DNA of 27,311 nucleotides. Origin: an uncultured bacterium (GTDB lineage Bacteria; Caldisericota; Caldisericia; B22-G15). The translations under genes were made by a program, and so were the position numbers. Positions 25,021-27,311 of this stretch are shown piece by piece. Within the stretch, counting starts at the first letter, position 1, and each line of letters begins with the position of its first letter. The notes beneath the pieces were generated by a model that did no database searches, was not told the DNA's origin, and saw only the letters and a program-made list of their open reading frames with translations. Location of the stretch: positions 1-27,311 of the forward strand of contig CBFDTJ010000011.1 of assembly GCA_965612865.1 (NCBI GenBank), written 5' to 3'.

Positions 25021-25609
25021 CTTCAAGGAACCTCTTTAAGGCTTTATCAACCTGTTTTTTTGTTTCTTCCCAATCTCCAGAGTTGTCTATTACCACATCT
25101 GCCCTTTTTATCTTTTCTTCTATGGGCATCTGTGCATTGATTCTGTTTAAAGCCTCCTCTTTTGTAAAGTCCTCTCTTTTCATCAGTCTTTCAAGTTGAA
25201 CTTCAGGCTTTGCATAAACTACCCAGACTTCGTGCACAAACCTATCCCACATTGCCTCAATTAGGATTGCGGCATCAAGCACTCCATACTTCACTTTCTT
25301 TCTCTTGAGTTCCCTTATCTTGGTTTTTACAAGCTTTGTAAGGGGGGGGAGTGTGATTCTGTTTAGCTTTTCGAGATTTTCCTTTGAGGAAAATACTATG
25401 TTTCCAAGTTTTTTTCTGTCAATTATAAAATCGTCTTTAAGTATTTCCTTACCAAATGTTCTTACGACTTTATTCTTTACCTCTTCTCTTGAGAGTATTA
25501 TTTTTCCCAAGGAATCAGCATCAATAATTTTAAAACCATGTTCTTTTAAATAGGCGCTTATTTTTGATTTGCCGCACGCAATATTCCCTGTAAGTCCTAT
25601 TAATCTCAT
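25010..25609 (-). CDS. coaE: Dephospho-CoA kinase
   Basis: IGLTGNIACGKS, IDAD, IDRKKLG..VF, RL..R, RINAQM, ADVVIDN. Confidence 0.96.
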   Translation of the reverse strand: MRLIGLTGNIACGKSKISAYLKEHGFKIIDADSLGKIILSREEVKNKVVRTFGKEILKDDFIIDRKKLGNIVFSSKENLEKLNRITLPPLTKLVKTKIRELKRKKVKYGVLDAAILIEAMWDRFVHEVWVVYAKPEVQLERLMKREDFTKEEALNRINAQMPIEEKIKRADVVIDNSGDWEETKKQVDKALKRFLEDET

Positions 25610-27241
25610 GTTTTACACTCCAGCCAGTTTTTTCCAATTCCAGCATCTACAATAACTGGAACATCAAGACTTAAAGTGTTTTCCATTTCTCTTTTAACTA
25701 TCTCCTTCACCTCATCAGCCTCTTCCTCTTTAATTTCAACAAGTAATTCATCGTGTATCTGTAGAACTATTCTAGATTTTTTACCCCTTAGCTTTCTCCA
25801 TACATTGACCATTGCTATCTTTATGATATCTGCACCAGAGCCCTGTATTGGTGAATTTATAGCTATTCTCTCTCCAAGTTTTCTTGTGTTATGATTTTTT
25901 GAGTTAAGTTCTGGAACATACCTTTTTCTTCCAAGAATTGTTTCCACATAGCCGTTTTTCTTTGCTTTTTCAATTAGTTCGTCTATAAATTTTCTAACCC
26001 CTGAAAACCTCTCAAAGTATCTATCAATGTATCTCTTTGCCTCAGTATCAGAAATTCCAAGTTCCTTCGCAAGTCCGTGTGGGCTCATACCATAAATTAT
26101 TCCATAATTTATTGTTTTTGCCTTTCTTCTTAAAGATTTGGTTACCTTATCTGGAGGTACACCAAAAATACCTGAGGCAGTTTCTCTATGAATATCTTTC
26201 CCCTCTCTAAAAGCTTTTATTAATCTCTCATCCTTAGAGAAATGGGCAAGTATTCTTAATTCAATCTGGGAGTAATCAAAGGATCCAAGAACGAAACCAT
26301 CTTCGGCTATAAAGGATTCCCTGACTTTCTTCCCAATCTCGCTTCTTATCGGTATATTTTGAAGGTTTGGTTCTCTGGATGCAAGCCTTCCTGTGGCTGT
26401 TCCAGTTTGAATAAATTTTGTGTGAATCCTATCATTCTCATCAACAAGTTTTGGAAGAACCTCAAAATATGTTGTGAGCAATTTATTTATTTCCCTGAAC
26501 TCGAGAATCTTATCAACCACTGGATGAAGTTCCCTTAGCTTGAACAATGTTTCCTGATCAGTCGAGTAACCACTCTTTGTCTTTTTAATTCTTGGGAGTC
26601 CCAGCTTCTCAAATAGAAGATAACTCACCTGTTTTGGAGAGGCAGGATTTATTGAAAAACCAGATATATCTGAAATTTCTTTAACTATCTCTATAACCCT
26701 CTTTCTAAGTTCATTTCTTATCTCAATGAGTTTCTTTCTATCAACCTTAATTCCAACTATTTCTGTCTCTGAAAGAACATGAGAAAGGGGTAGTTCCACT
26801 TCATAAAGAATCTTGTCAAGATTTTCTTCCTCTATTTTCTTCTTAAGTATTCTTCCAAGGGATAGTATTTTTGGAAGTAACTCCTCTTCCTTTTCAAAGC
26901 TTAAACCTTCTCCCAGGTATAATGGAAATAGTGATGATAGGGAATAGGATTTCCTTGAAGGGTTTAATAGATACGCTGCAATTTCTGTGTCGAAGACATT
27001 TCTCTTTTCGTTAAAGGGAAAAAGGTATGAAAGCTCCTCTTTAAATCCATGAGTGTATGAGACCTTTGAGTTTACTATTCTATCAAAATCCTCCCTCGAA
27101 CCTTTGAAAATTCCAGAATCACTATAAAAATAGACTGCATTCTTTTTCACAATAAAAGATATTTCTTTATGTGATACAATTTTTTTCTCCTCGACCTCTT
27201 TTAAAAGGATTTCCTCTTTTTTTGGAGTAAACTTTTCAAGT
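25606..27241 (-). CDS. polA: DNA polymerase I, 5'-truncated by the contig end
   Basis: TATGRLAS..PNLQNIP, motif A DYSQIELR, motif B RRKAKTINYGIIYG, motif C QIHDEL; predicted N-terminus MPSLVGSEMCIRDR is adapter-derived. Confidence 0.97.
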
Positions 27242-27311
27242 CTGTCTCTTATACACATCTCCGAGCCCACGAGACTAGGCATGATCTCGTATGCCGTCTT
27301 CTGCTTGAAAA
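27242..27311 (+). other. Tn5 mosaic end + Nextera P7 adapter with i7 index TAGGCATG (technical artefact)
   Basis: CTGTCTCTTATACACATCT (27242-27260), CCGAGCCCACGAGAC, index 27276-27283, ATCTCGTATGCCGTCTTCTGCTTG, then A run. Confidence 0.99.

Noticed and set aside
26900..27241. Degenerate 3'-5' exonuclease region of PolA as another pseudoenzyme
   Set aside because: Vestigial proofreading domains are common in PolA of many lineages, and the gene is truncated here.
53..27260. Inverted 19-bp Tn5 mosaic ends flanking the window, resembling a giant transposon
   Set aside because: They lie within complete Illumina adapters with indices, there is no transposase, and the cargo is core housekeeping genes.

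Overview
A 27.3-kb AT-rich, gene-dense bacterial contig with Lys/Glu-rich proteins (thermophile-like anaerobe; taxon not determinable from this window). Both ends are untrimmed Illumina Nextera adapters (1-71 and 27242-27311), which create false ORF ends. Contents, left to right: (i) minus-strand tetR - MMPL/RND transporter - secreted heptad-repeat protein operon with a consensus promoter and a palindromic operator; (ii) DUF59 - tagA - tagA - csaB (frameshifted) - comF, then a GH39 lipoprotein with its own palindromic site and a degenerate M24 peptidase; (iii) LPG-synthase-TM protein, small Zn-finger protein and orphan amino-acid-binding lipoprotein; (iv) pheS-pheT-polX; (v) a tightly coupled minus-strand run polA(partial)-coaE-Fe-S PD-(D/E)XK nuclease-gltX-mcsA-mcsB-radA-PIN/TRAM-ispD-ispF. 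No CRISPR array, RNA gene or mobile element was recognised. The most notable signal is three full-length apparent pseudoenzymes: an McsB that has lost essentially its whole kinase active site and sits in a locus without ctsR/clpC, a PolX with Asn-x-Asn in place of the catalytic Asp-x-Asp but an intact PHP domain, and an M24 protein missing 3 of 5 metal ligands. Family assignments come from recalled motifs, not database searches.
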